Shown here one piece after another: positions 26,479 to 41,685 of a DNA stretch of 64,000 nt; positions within the stretch are counted from its first letter, which is position 1; each line of letters begins with the position of its first letter. The notes beneath the pieces were generated by a model. The model saw nothing but the letters and a program-made list of their open reading frames with translations, ran no database searches and was not told where the DNA came from. Position numbers and translations under genes: made by a program. This DNA comes from Bugula neritina (lineage: Eukaryota > Animalia > Bryozoa): assembly GCA_964035545.1 (NCBI GenBank), contig OZ037767.1, positions 12,385,801 to 12,449,800 of the forward strand, in the 5' to 3' direction.

Positions 26479-27745
26479 GTGAAAATAACTAGAAATGTAG
26501 AAGTTCGGGAGTTGTCTCTCCTGTGTTTTTGGTTTTGTGTTCTTGACTTGTCAGGCTGCAAATATTTGAAAAATCACAACTGCAAATACATTTGTTGGTG
26601 TAGCAAAATTATTAGACCCATCAACCTTTGCGATCTGAGGGATGAAAGATGGATACTGCAACTTACACACCTTTCTATTATGAATTTAGAGATATACATT
26701 GTTTTGTCAACCCTTCTGGCAACCAATATTAAGTGCATTGCTGGTTTTCCACGCTTTATATCCACTTATTTTACATTTTCTCAATCAACTAAACACAGGT
26801 AAGCAGAGTTGCTAACTGGTTGCATGGTATTCAGGCAGTCGCACTTCTTGTCACTCAATTGTTGACGATTGATGCTTGAAGAAGGCCTACGGTCCTTACA
26901 GTATACATACTGGAGGTACTGTGCTTTGAACTCAAAAACAAAAAAGAGAATATATGACTTGCAAAACTAACGAATCACATTGTGATGACTCCAGACCCTA
27001 TTGACAGTGTGCCTCAGTAATGTCTGTTCAGTGCAAACTATGGACAGCAAAGTTGTCAGGCAATAATGATACAAACAATTCTGCAAACCCTTTTCATAAA
27101 GGTTTTGTGATGAAAGAGTATCCAGACCCTGTAATGGCTATACAACTGGAAGGAAGGAATATACTCGTTTTTCAATAGCAACAAAGCATGTTCAGAACTT
27201 GTAGACAGAAACACACTCATGACACATTAAACAATCTGTAACAAGTCTTGCTCATTATAACAGACAAATGTTATAACATACTCCTTTCGTTTAGGAGATA
27301 TATCAACTACTACTCCTACAAAAACAATAAAGAGGTAAAAGACAGCACTGCTCAGTTTGATTTCATTTCATTCAATTCAATGTAACACTATCAATGGGCT
27401 GCACTTTTGGTCACACCCAGCTAACTGCTCTTGGAAAATTACTCATTTCGCCAATTGTGACATTATGTGAACTCACTGTTAGTTTTTAACTTTGAATCAA
27501 AAAATGATAAAGTAATTGTAAATCTGTTTACAGTCGTCAAAGCGGCTGATCCTTAATTTCAACACTGGGTTTAGGTGATGGAAGAGTCCCAAGACAAGTT
27601 TGGTACTACGCTAGACAATAGGCTGCTGGCACCGGAAAATGTGAACATGTGTGCATTTAACAGATGAAGCTAAAACATGTATACATCTTATATTTAGTGA
27701 AAATTGAATATGCATCACTTTTCTATGTGAGAACATTGCTTGATA

Positions 27746-30700
27746 GTGAAAATAACTAGAAATGTAGAAGTTCGGGAGTTGTCTCTCCTGTGTTTTTGGT
27801 TTTGTGTTCTTGACTTGTCAGGCTGCAAATATTTGAAAAATCACAACTGCAAATACATTTGTTGGTGTAGCAAAAATTATTAAACCCATCAACCTTTGCG
27901 ATCTGAGGAACGAAAGACGGATACTGCAACTTACACACCTTTCTATTATGAATTTAGAGATATACATTGTTTTGTCAACCCTTCTGGCAACCAATATTAA
28001 GTGCATTGCTCGTTTTCCACGCTTTATATCCACTTATTTTACATTTTCTCAATCAACTAAACACAGGTAAGCAGAGTTGCTAACTGGTTGCATGGTATTC
28101 AGGCAGTCGCACTTCTTGTCACTCAATTGTTGACGATTGATGCTTGAAGAAGGCCTACGGTCCTTACAGTATACATACTGGAGGTACTGTGCTTTGAACT
28201 CAAAAACAAAAAAGAGAATATATGACTTGCAAAACTAACGAATCACATTGTGATGACTCCAGACCCTATTGACAGTGTGCCTCAGTAATGTCTGTTCAGT
28301 GCAAACTATGGACAGCAAAGTTGTCAGGCAATAATGATACAAACAATTCTGCAAACCCTTTTCATAAAGGTTTTGTGATGAAAGAGTATCCAGACCCTGT
28401 AATGGCTATACAACTGGAGGGAAGGAATATACTCGTTTTTCAATAGCAACAAAGCATGTTCAGAACTTGTAGACAGAAACACACTCATGACACATTAAAC
28501 AATCTGTAACAAGTCTTGCTCATTATAACAGACAAATGTTATAACATACTCCTTTCGTTTAGGAGATATATCAACTACTACTCCTACAAAAACAATAAAG
28601 AGGTAAAAGACAGCACTGCTCAGTTTGATTTCATTTCATTCAATTCATTGTAACGCCATCAATGGGCTGCACTTTTGGTCACACCTGGCTAACTGCTCTT
28701 GGAAAATTACTCATTTCGCCAATTGTGACATTATGTGAACTCACTGTTAGTTTTTAACTTTGAATCAAAAAATGATAAAGTAATTGTAAATCTGTTTACA
28801 GTCGTCAAAGCGGCTGATCCTTAATTTCAACACTGGGTTTAGGTGATGGAAGAATCCCAAGACAAGTTTGGTACTAAGCTAGACAATAGGCTGTTGGCAA
28901 CGGAAAATGTGAACATGTGTGCATTTAACAGATGAAGCTAAAACATGTATACATCTTATATTTAGTGAAAATTGAATATGCATCACTTTTCTATGTGAGA
29001 ACATTGCTGGATAGTGAAAATAACTAAAAATGTAGAAGTTCGGGAGTTGTCTCTCCTGTGTTTTTGGTTTTGTGTTCTTGACTTGTCAGGCTGCAAATAT
29101 TTGAAAAATCACAACTGCGAATACATTTGTTGGTGTAGCAAAATTATTAAACCCATCAACCTTTGCGATCTGAGGAACGAAAGACGGATACTGCAACTTA
29201 CACACCTTTCTATTATGAATTTAGAGATATACATTGTTTTGTCGACCCTTCTGGCAACCAATATTAAGTGCATTGCTCGTTTTCCACGCTTTATATCCAC
29301 TTATTTTACATTTTCTCAATCAACTAAACACAGGTAAGCAGAGTTGCTAACTGGTTGCATGGTATTCAGGCAGTCGCACTTCTTGTCACTCAATCGTTGA
29401 AGACTGATGCTTGATGAAGGCCTACGGTCCTTACAGTATACATACTGGAGGTACTGTGCTTTGAACTCAAAAACAAAAAAGAGAATATATGACTTGCAAA
29501 ACTAACGAATCACATTGTGATGACTCCAGACCCTATTGACAGTGTGCCTCAGTAATGTCTGTTCAGTGCAAACTATGGACAGCAAAGTTGTCAGGCAATA
29601 ATGATACAAACAATTCTGCAAACCCTTTTCATAAAGGTTTTGTGATGAAAGAGTATCCAGACCCTGTAATGGCTATACAACTGGAGGGAAGGAATATACT
29701 CGTTTTTCAATAGCAACAAAGCATGTTCAGAACTTGTAGACAGAAACACACTCATGACACATTAAACAATCTGTAACAAGTCTTGCTCATTATAACAGAC
29801 AAATGTTATAACATACTCCTTTCGTTTAGGAGATATATCAACTACTACTCCTACAAAAACAATAAAGAGGCAAATGACAGCACTGCTCAGTTTGATTTCA
29901 TTTCATTCAATTCATTGTAACGCCTTCAATGGGCTGCACTTTTGGTCACACCTGGCTAACTGCTCTTGGAAAATTACTCATTTCGCCAATTGTGACATTA
30001 TGTGAACTCACTGTTAGTTTTTAACTTTGAATCAAAAAATGATAAAGTAATTGTAAATCTGTTTACAGTCGTCAAAGCGGCTGATCCTTAATTTCAACAC
30101 TGGGTTTAGGTGATGGAAGAATCCCAAGACAAGTTTGGTACTACGCTAGACAATAGGCTGCTGGCACCGGAAAATGTGAACATGTGTGCATTTAACAGAT
30201 GAAGCTAAAACATGTATACATCTTATATTTAGTGAAAATTGAGTATGCATCACTTTTCTATGTGAGAACATTGCTGGATAGTGAAAATAACTAGAAATGT
30301 AGAAGTTCGGGAGTTGTCTCTCCTGTGTTTTTGGTTTTGTGTTCTTGACTTGTCAGGCTGCAAATATTTGAAAAATCACAACTGCAAATACATTTGTTGG
30401 TGTAGCAAAATTATTAAACCCATCAACCTTTGCGATCTGAGGAACGAAAGACGGATACTGCAACTTACACACCTTTCTATTATGAATTTAGAGATATACA
30501 TTGTTTTGTCGACCCTTCTGGCAACCAATATTAAGTGCATTGCTCGTTTTCCACGCTTTATATCCACTTATTTTACATTTTCTCAATCAACTAAACACAG
30601 GTAAGCAGAGTTGCTAACTGGTTGCATGGTATTCAGGCAGTCGCACTTCTTGTCACTCAATCGTTGAAGATTGATGCTTGATGAAGGCCTACGGTCCTTA

Positions 30701-33700
30701 CAGTATACATGCTGGAGGTACTGTGCTTTGAACTCAAAAACAAAAAAGAGAATATATGACTTGCAAAACTAACGAATCACATTGTGATGACTCCAGACCC
30801 TATTGACAGTGTGCCTCAGTAATGTCTGTTCAGTGCAAACTATGGACAGCAAAGTTGTCAGGCAATAATGATACAAACAATTCTGCAAACCCTTTTCATA
30901 AAGGTTTTGTGATGAAAGAGTATCCAGACCCTGTAATGGCTATACAACTGGAGGGAAGGAATATACTCGTTTTTCAATAGCAACAAAGCATGTTCAGAAC
31001 TTGTAGACAGAAACACACTCATGACACATTAAACAATCTGTAACAAGTCTTGCTCATTATAACAGACAAATGTTATAACATACTCCTTTCGTTTAGGAGA
31101 TATATCAACTACTACTCCTACAAAAACAATAAAGAGGCAAAAGACAGCACTGCTCAGTTTGATTTCATTTCATTCAATTCATTGTAACGCCATCAATGGG
31201 CTGCACTTTTGGTCACACCTGGCTAACTGCTCTTGGAAAATTACTCATTTCGCCAATTGTGACATTATGTGAACTCACTGTTAGTTTTTAACTTTGAATC
31301 AAAAAATGATAAAGTAATTGTAAATCTGTTTACAGTCGTCAAAGCGGCTGATCCTTAATTTCAACACTGGGTTTAGGTGATGGAAGAATCCCAAGACAAG
31401 TTTGGTACTACGCTAGACAATAGGCTGCTGGCACCGGAAAATGTGAACATGTGTGCATTTAACAGATGAAGCTAAAACATGTATACATCTTATATTTAGT
31501 GAAAATTGAATATGCATCACTTTTCTATGTGAGAACATTGCTGGATAGTGAAAATAACTAGAAATGTAGAAGTTCGGGAGTTGTCTCTCCTGTGTTTTTG
31601 GTTTTGTGTTCTTGACTTGTCAGGCTGCAAATATTTGAAAAATCAGAACTGCAAATACATTTGTTGGTGTAGCAAAATTATTAAACCCATCAACCTTTGC
31701 GATCTGAGGAACGAAAGACGGATACTGCAACTTACACACCTTTCTATTATGAATTTAGAGATATACATTGTTTTGTCGACCCTTCTGGCAACCAATATTA
31801 AGTGCATTGCTCGTTTTCCACGCTTTATATCCACTTATTTTACATTTTCTCAATCAACTAAACACAGGTAAGCAGAGTTGCTAACTGGTTGCATGGTATT
31901 CAGGCAGTCGCACTTCTTGTCACTCAATTGTTGACGATTGATGCTTGAAGAAGGCCTACGGTCCTTACAGTATACATACTGGAGGTACTGTGCTTTGAAC
32001 TCAAAAACAAAAAAGAGAATATATGACTTGCAAAACTAACGAATCACTTTGTGATGACTCCAGACCCTATTGACAGTGTGCCTCAGTAATGTCTGTTCAG
32101 TGCAAACTATGGACAGCAAAGTTGTCAGGCAATAATGATACAAACAATTCTGCAAACCCTTTTCATAAAGGTTTTGTGATGAAAGAGTATCCAGACCCTG
32201 TAATGGCTATACAACTGGAAGGAAGGAATATACTCGTTTTTCAATAGCAACAAAGCATGTTCAGAACTTGTAGACAGAAACACACTCATGACACATTAAA
32301 CAATCTGTAACAAGTCTTGCTCATTATAACAGACAAATGTTATAACATACTCCTTTCGTTTAGGAGATATATCAACTACTACTCCTACAAAAACAATAAA
32401 GAGGTAAAAGACAGCACTGCTCAATTTGATTTCATTTCATTCAATTCATTGTAACGCTATCAATGGGCTGCACTTTTGGTCACACCCAGCTAACTGCTCT
32501 TGGAAAACTACTCATTTCGCCAATTGTGACATTATGTGAACTCACTGTTAGTTTTTAACTTTGAATCAAAAAATGATAAAGTAATTGTAAATCTGTTTAC
32601 AGTCGTCAAAGCGGCTGATCCTTAATTTCAACACTGGGTTTAGGTGATGGAAGAGTCCCAAGACAAGTTTGGTACTACGCTAGACAATAGGCTGCTGGCA
32701 CCGGAAAATGTGAACATGTGTGCATTTAACAGATGAAGCTAAAACATGTATACATCTTATATTTAGTGAAAATTGAATATGCATCACTTTTCTATGTGAG
32801 AACATTGCTTGATAGTGAAAATAACTAGAAATGTAGAAGTTCGGGAGTTGTCTCTCCTGTGTTTTTGGTTTTGTGTTCTTGACTTGTCAGGCTGCAAATA
32901 TTTGAAAAATCACAACTGCAAATACATTTGTTGGTGTAGCAAAAATTATTAAACCCATCAACCTTTGCGATCTGAGGAACGAAAGACGGATACTGCAACT
33001 TACACACCTTTCTATTATGAATTTAGAGATATACATTGTTTTGTCAACCCTTCTGGCAACCAATATTAAGTGCATTGCTCGTTTTCCACGCTTTATATCC
33101 ACTTATTTTACATTTTCTCAATCAACTAAACACAGGTAAGCAGAGTTGCTAACTGGTTGCATGGTATTCAGGCAGTCGCACTTCTTGTCACTCAATTGTT
33201 GACGATTGATGCTTGAAGAAGGCCTACGGTCCTTACAGTATACATACTGGAGGTACTGTGCTTTGAACTCAAAAACAAAAAAGAGAATATATGACTTGCA
33301 AAACTAACGAATCACATTGTGATGACTCCAGACCCTATTGACAGTGTGCCTCAGTAATGTCTGTTCAGTGCAAACTATGGACAGCAAAGTTGTCAGGCAA
33401 TAATGATACAAACAATTCTGCAAACCCTTTTCATAAAGGTTTTGTGATGAAAGAGTATCCAGACCCTGTAATGGCTATACAACTGGAGGGAAGGAATATA
33501 CTCGTTTTTCAATAGCAACAAAGCATGTTCAGAACTTGTAGACAGAAACACACTCATGACACATTAAACAATCTGTAACAAGTCTTGCTCATTATAACAG
33601 ACAAATGTTATAACATACTCCTTTCGTTTAGGAGATATATCAACTACTACTCCTACAAAAACAATAAAGAGGTAAAAGACAGCACTGCTCAGTTTGATTT

Positions 33701-36700
33701 CATTTCATTCAATTCATTGTAACGCCATCAATGGGCTGCACTTTTGGTCACACCTGGCTAACTGCTCTTGGAAAATTACTCATTTCGCCAATTGTGACAT
33801 TATGTGAACTCACTGTTAGTTTTTAACTTTGAATCAAAAAATGATAAAGTAATTGTAAATCTGTTTACAGTCGTCAAAGCGGCTGATCCTTAATTTCAAC
33901 ACTGGGTTTAGGTGATGGAAGAATCCCAAGACAAGTTTGGTACTACGCTAGACAATAGGCTGCTGGCACCGGAAAATGTGAACATGTGTGCATTTAACAG
34001 ATGAAGCTAAAACATGTATACATCTTATATTTAGTGAAAATTGAGTATGCATCACTTTTCTATGTGAGAACATTGCTGGATAGTGAAAATAACTAGAAAT
34101 GTAGAAGTTCGGGAGTTGTCTCTCCTGTGTTTTTGGTTTTGTGTTCTTGACTTGTCAGGCTGCAAATATTTGAAAAATCACAACTGCAAATACATTTGTT
34201 GGTGTAGCAAAATTATTAAACCCATCAACCTTTGCGATCTGAGGAACGAAAGACGGATACTGCAACTTACACACCTTTCTATTATGAATTTAGAGATATA
34301 CATTGTTTTGTCGACCCTTCTGGCAACCAATATTAAGTGCATTGCTCGTTTTCCACGCTTTATATCCACTTATTTTACATTTTCTCAATCAACTAAACAC
34401 AGGTAAGCAGAGTTGCTAACTGGTTGCATGGTATTCAGGCAGTCGCACTTCTTGTCACTCAATCGTTGAAGATTGATGCTTGATGAAGGCCTACGGTCCT
34501 TACAGTATACATGCTGGAGGTACTGTGCTTTGAACTCAAAAACAAAAAAGAGAATATATGACTTGCAAAACTAACGAATCACATTGTGATGACTCCAGAC
34601 CCTATTGACAGTGTGCCTCAGTAATGTCTGTTCAGTGCAAACTATGGACAGCAAAGTTGTCAGGCAATAATGATACAAACAATTCTGCAAACCCTTTTCA
34701 TAAAGGTTTTGTGATGAAAGAGTATCCAGACCCTGTAATGGCTATACAACTGGAGGGAAGGAATATACTCGTTTTTCAATAGCAACAAAGCATGTTCAGA
34801 ACTTGTAGACAGAAACACACTCATGACACATTAAACAATCTGTAACAAGTCTTGCTCATTATAACAGACAAATGTTATAACATACTCCTTTCGTTTAGGA
34901 GATATATCAACTACTACTCCTACAAAAACAATAAAGAGGCAAAAGACAGCACTGCTCAGTTTGATTTCATTTCATTCAATTCATTGTAACGCCATCAATG
35001 GGCTGCACTTTTGGTCACACCTGGCTAACTGCTCTTGGAAAATTACTCATTTCGCCAATTGTGACATTATGTGAACTCACTGTTAGTTTTTAACTTTGAA
35101 TCAAAAAATGATAAAGTAATTGTAAATCTGTTTACAGTCGTCAAAGCGGCTGATCCTTAATTTCAACACTGGGTTTAGGTGATGGAAGAGTCCCAAGACA
35201 AGTTTGGTACTACGCTAGACAATAGGCTGCTGGCACCGGAAAATGTGAACATGTGTGCATTTAACAGATGAAGCTAAAACATGTATACATCTTATATTTA
35301 GTGAAAATTGAATATGCATCACTTTTCTATGTGAGAACATTGCTGGATAGTGAAAATAACTAGAAATGTAGAAGTTCGGGAGTTGTCTCTCCTGTGTTTT
35401 TGGTTTTGTGTTCTTGACTTGTCAGGCTGCAAATATTTGAAAAATCAGAACTGCAAATACATTTGTTGGTGTAGCAAAATTATTAAACCCATCAACCTTT
35501 GCGATCTGAGGAACGAAAGACGGATACTGCAACTTACACACCTTTCTATTATGAATTTAGAGATATACATTGTTTTGTCGACCCTTCTGGCAACCAATAT
35601 TAAGTGCATTGCTCGTTTTCCACGCTTTATATCCACTTATTTTACATTTTCTCAATCAACTAAACACAGGTAAGCAGAGTTGCTAACTGGTTGCATGGTA
35701 TTCAGGCAGTCGCACTTCTTGTCACTCAATTGTTGACGATTGATGCTTGAAGAAGGCCTACGGTCCTTACAGTATACATACTGGAGGTACTGTGCTTTGA
35801 ACTCAAAAACAAAAAAGAGAATATATGACTTGCAAAACTAACGAATCACTTTGTGATGACTCCAGACCCTATTGACAGTGTGCCTCAGTAATGTCTGTTC
35901 AGTGCAAACTATGGACAGCAAAGTTGTCAGGCAATAATGATACAAACAATTCTGCAAACCCTTTTCATAAAGGTTTTGTGATGAAAGAGTATCCAGACCC
36001 TGTAATGGCTATACAACTGGAAGGAAGGAATATACTCGTTTTTCAATAGCAACAAAGCATGTTCAGAACTTGTAGACAGAAACACACTCATGACACATTA
36101 AACAATCTGTAACAAGTCTTGCTCATTATAACAGACAAATGTTATAACATACTCCTTTCGTTTAGGAGATATATCAACTACTACTCCTACAAAAACAATA
36201 AAGAGGTAAAAGACAGCACTGCTCAATTTGATTTCATTTCATTCAATTCATTGTAACGCTATCAATGGGCTGCACTTTTGGTCACACCCAGCTAACTGCT
36301 CTTGGAAAACTACTCATTTCGCCAATTGTGACATTATGTGAACTCACTGTTAGTTTTTAACTTTGAATCAAAAAATGATAAAGTAATTGTAAATCTGTTT
36401 ACAGTCGTCAAAGCGGCTGATCCTTAATTTCAACACTGGGTTTAGGTGATGGAAGAGTCCCAAGACAAGTTTGGTACTACGCTAGACAATAGGCTGCTGG
36501 CACCGGAAAATGTGAACATGTGTGCATTTAACAGATGAAGCTAAAACATGTATACATCTTATATTTAGTGAAAATTGAATATGCATCACTTTTCTATGTG
36601 AGAACATTGCTTGATAGTGAAAATAACTAGAAATGTAGAAGTTCGGGAGTTGTCTCTCCTGTGTTTTTGGTTTTGTGTTCTTGACTTGTCAGGCTGCAAA

Positions 36701-39700
36701 TATTTGAAAAATCACAACTGCAAATACATTTGTTGGTGTAGCAAAAATTATTAAACCCATCAACCTTTGCGATCTGAGGAACGAAAGACGGATACTGCAA
36801 CTTACACACCTTTCTATTATGAATTTAGAGATATACATTGTTTTGTCAACCCTTCTGGCAACCAATATTAAGTGCATTGCTCGTTTTCCACGCTTTATAT
36901 CCACTTATTTTACATTTTCTCAATCAACTAAACACAGGTAAGCAGAGTTGCTAACTGGTTGCATGGTATTCAGGCAGTCGCACTTCTTGTCACTCAATTG
37001 TTGACGATTGATGCTTGAAGAAGGCCTACGGTCCTTACAGTATACATACTGGAGGTACTGTGCTTTGAACTCAAAAACAAAAAAGAGAATATATGACTTG
37101 CAAAACTAACGAATCACATTGTGATGACTCCAGACCCTATTGACAGTGTGCCTCAGTAATGTCTGTTCAGTGCAAACTATGGACAGCAAAGTTGTCAGGC
37201 AATAATGATACAAACAATTCTGCAAACCCTTTTCATAAAGGTTTTGTGATGAAAGAGTATCCAGACCCTGTAATGGCTATACAACTGGAGGGAAGGAATA
37301 TACTCGTTTTTCAATAGCAACAAAGCATGTTCAGAACTTGTAGACAGAAACACACTCATGACACATTAAACAATCTGTAACAAGTCTTGCTCATTATAAC
37401 AGACAAATGTTATAACATACTCCTTTCGTTTAGGAGATATATCAACTACTACTCCTACAAAAACAATAAAGAGGTAAAAGACAGCACTGCTCAGTTTGAT
37501 TTCATTTCATTCAATTCATTGTAACGCCATCAATGGGCTGCACTTTTGGTCACACCTGGCTAACTGCTCTTGGAAAATTACTCATTTCGCCAATTGTGAC
37601 ATTATGTGAACTCACTGTTAGTTTTTAACTTTGAATCAAAAAATGATAAAGTAATTGTAAATCTGTTTACAGTCGTCAAAGCGGCTGATCCTTAATTTCA
37701 ACACTGGGTTTAGGTGATGGAAGAATCCCAAGACAAGTTTGGTACTAAGCTAGACAATAGGCTGTTGGCAACGGAAAATGTGAACATGTGTGCATTTAAC
37801 AGATGAAGCTAAAACATGTATACATCTTATATTTAGTGAAAATTGAATATGCATCACTTTTCTATGTGAGAACATTGCTGGATAGTGAAAATAACTAAAA
37901 ATGTAGAAGTTCGGGAGTTGTCTCTCCTGTGTTTTTGGTTTTGTGTTCTTGACTTGTCAGGCTGCAAATATTTGAAAAATCACAACTGCAAATACATTTG
38001 TTGGTGTAGCAAAATTATTAAACCCATCAACCTTTGCGATCTGAGGAACGAAAGACGGATACTGCAACTTACACACCTTTCTATTATGAATTTAGAGATA
38101 TACATTGTTTTGTCGACCCTTCTGGCAACCAATATTAAGTGCATTGCTCGTTTTCCACGCTTTATATCCACTTATTTTACATTTTCTCAATCAACTAAAC
38201 ACAGGTAAGCAGAGTTGCTAACTGGTTGCATGGTGTTCAGGCAGTCGCACTTCTTGTCACTCAATCGTTGAAGACTGATGCTTGATGAAGGCCTACGGTC
38301 CTTACAGTATACATACTGGAGGTACTGTGCTTTGAACTCAAAAACAAAAAAGAGAATATATGACTTGCAAAACTAACGAATCACATTGTGATGACTCCAG
38401 ACCCTATTGACAGTGTGCCTCAGTAATGTCTGTTCAGTGCAAACTATGGACAGCAAAGTTGTCAGGCAATAATGATACAAACAATTCTGCAAACCCTTTT
38501 CATAAAGGTTTTGTGATGAAAGAGTATCCAGACCCTGTAATGGCTATACAACTGGAGGGAAGGAATATACTCGTTTTTCAATAGCAACAAAGCATGTTCA
38601 GAACTTGTAGACAGAAACACACTCATGACACATTAAACAATCTGTAACAAGTCTTGCTCATTATAACAGACAAATGTTATAACATACTCCTTTCGTTTAG
38701 GAGATATATCAACTACTACTCCTACAAAAACAATAAAGAGGCAAATGACAGCACTGCTCAGTTTGATTTCATTTCATTCAATTCATTGTAACGCCTTCAA
38801 TGGGCTGCACTTTTGGTCACACCTGGCTAACTGCTCTTGGAAAATTACTCATTTCGCCAATTGTGACATTATGTGAACTCACTGTTAGTTTTTAACTTTG
38901 AATCAAAAAATGATAAAGTAATTGTAAATCTGTTTACAGTCGTCAAAGCGGCTGATCCTTAATTTCAACACTGGGTTTAGGTGATGGAAGAATCCCAAGA
39001 CAAGTTTGGTACTACGCTAGACAATAGGCTGCTGGCACCGGAAAATGTGAACATGTGTGCATTTAACAGATGAAGCTAAAACATGTATACATCTTATATT
39101 TAGTGAAAATTGAGTATGCATCACTTTTCTATGTGAGAACATTGCTGGATAGTGAAAATAACTAGAAATGTAGAAGTTCGGGAGTTGTCTCTCCTGTGTT
39201 TTTGGTTTTGTGTTCTTGACTTGTCAGGCTGCAAATATTTGAAAAATCACAACTGCAAATACATTTGTTGGTGTAGCAAAATTATTAAACCCATCAACCT
39301 TTGCGATCTGAGGAACGAAAGACGGATACTGCAACTTACACACCTTTCTATTATGAATTTAGAGATATACATTGTTTTGTCGACCCTTCTGGCAACCAAT
39401 ATTAAGTGCATTGCTCGTTTTCCACGCTTTATATCCACTTATTTTACATTTTCTCAATCAACTAAACACAGGTAAGCAGAGTTGCTAACTGGTTGCATGG
39501 TATTCAGGCAGTCGCACTTCTTGTCACTCAATCGTTGAAGATTGATGCTTGATGAAGGCCTACGGTCTTTACAGTATACATGCTGGAGGTACTGTGCTTT
39601 GAACTCAAAAACAAAAAAGAGAATATATGACTTGCAAAACTAACGAATCACATTGTGATGACTCCAGACCCTATTGACAGTGTGCCTCAGTAATGTCTGT

Positions 39701-41685
39701 TCAGTGCAAACTATGGACAGCAAAGTTGTCAGGCAATAATGATACAAACAATTCTGCAAACCCTTTTCATAAAGGTTTTGTGATGAAAGAGTATCCAGAC
39801 CCTGTAATGGCTATACAACTGGAGGGAAGGAATATACTCGTTTTTCAATAGCAACAAAGCATGTTCAGAACTTGTAGACAGAAACACACTCATGACACAT
39901 TAAACAATCTGTAACAAGTCTTGCTCATTATAACAGACAAATGTTATAACATACTCCTTTCGTTTAGGAGATATATCAACTACTACTCCTACAAAAACAA
40001 TAAAGAGGCAAAAGACAGCACTGCTCAGTTTGATTTCATTTCATTCAATTCATTGTAACGCCATCAATGGGCTGCACTTTTGGTCACACCTGGCTAACTG
40101 CTCTTGGAAAATTACTCATTTCGCCAATTGTGACATTATGTGAACTCACTGTTAGTTTTTAACTTTGAATCAAAAAATGATAAAGTAATTGTAAATCTGT
40201 TTACAGTCGTCAAAGCGGCTGATCCTTAATTTCAACACTGGGTTTAGGTGATGGAAGAATCCCAAGACAAGTTTGGTACTACGCTAGACAATAGGCTGCT
40301 GGCACCGGAAAATGTGAACATGTGTGCATTTAACAGATGAAGCTAAAACATGTATACATCTTATATTTAGTGAAAATTGAATATGCATCACTTTTCTATG
40401 TGAGAACATTGCTGGATAGTGAAAATAACTAGAAATGTAGAAGTTCGGGAGTTGTCTCTCCTGTGTTTTTGGTTTTGTGTTCTTGACTTGTCAGGCTGCA
40501 AATATTTGAAAAATCAGAACTGCAAATACATTTGTTGGTGTAGCAAAATTATTAAACCCATCAACCTTTGCGATCTGAGGAACGAAAGACGGATACTGCA
40601 ACTTACACACCTTTCTATTATGAATTTAGAGATATACATTGTTTTGTCGACCCTTCTGGCAACCAATATTAAGTGCATTGCTCGTTTTCCACGCTTTATA
40701 TCCACTTATTTTACATTTTCTCAATCAACTAAACACAGGTAAGCAGAGTTGCTAACTGGTTGCATGGTATTCAGGCAGTCGCACTTCTTGTCACTCAATC
40801 GTTGACGATTGATGCTTGAAGAAGGCCTACGGTCCTTACAGTATACATACTGGAGGTACTGTGCTTTGAACTCAAAAACAAAAAAGAGAATATATGACTT
40901 GCAAAACTAACGAATCACTTTGTGATGACTCCAGACCCTATTGACAGTGTGCCTCAGTAATGTCTGTTCAGTGCAAACTATGGACAGCAAAGTTGTCAGG
41001 CAATAAAGATACAAACAATTCTGCAAACCCTTTTCATAAAGGTTTTGTGATGAAAGAGTATCCAGACCCTGTAATGGCTATACAACTGGAGGGAAGGAAT
41101 ATACTCGTTTTTCAATAGCAACAAAGCATGTTCAGAACTTGTAGACAGAAACACACTCATGACACATTAAACAATCTGTAACAAGTCTTGCTCATTATAA
41201 CAGACAAATGTTATAACATACTCCTTTCGTTTAGGAGATATATCAACTACTACTCCTACAAAAACAATAAAGAGGTAAAAGACAGCACTGCTCAGTTTGA
41301 TTTCATTTCATTCAATTCAATGTAACACTATCAATGGGCTGCACTTTTGGTCACACCCAGCTAACTGCTCTTGGAAAATTACTCATTTCGCCAATTGTGA
41401 CATTATGTGAAATCACTGTTAGTTTTTAACTTTGAATCAAAAAATGATAAAGTAATTGTAAATCTGTTTACAGTCGTCAAAGCGGCTGATCCTTAATTTC
41501 AACACTGGGTTTAGGTGATGGAAGAGTCCCAAGACAAGTTTGGTACTACGCTAGACAATAGGCTGCTGGCACCGGAAAATGTGAACATGTGTGCATTTAA
41601 CAGATGAAGCTAAAACATGTATACATCTTATATTTAGTGAAAATTGAATATGCATCACTTTTCTATGTGAGAACATTGCTGGATA
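27746..41685. repeat. Higher-order block 4+3+4 monomers: u22-u25 / u26-u28 / u29-u32
   Basis: The order is A5 copy (preceded by GCTTGATAG), ACTAAAAA copy, CATGCTGG copy, AATCAGAAC copy. The middle unit lacks the ACTAAAAA copy. A5 copies are at 27746, 32815 and 36617. Confidence 0.88.
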
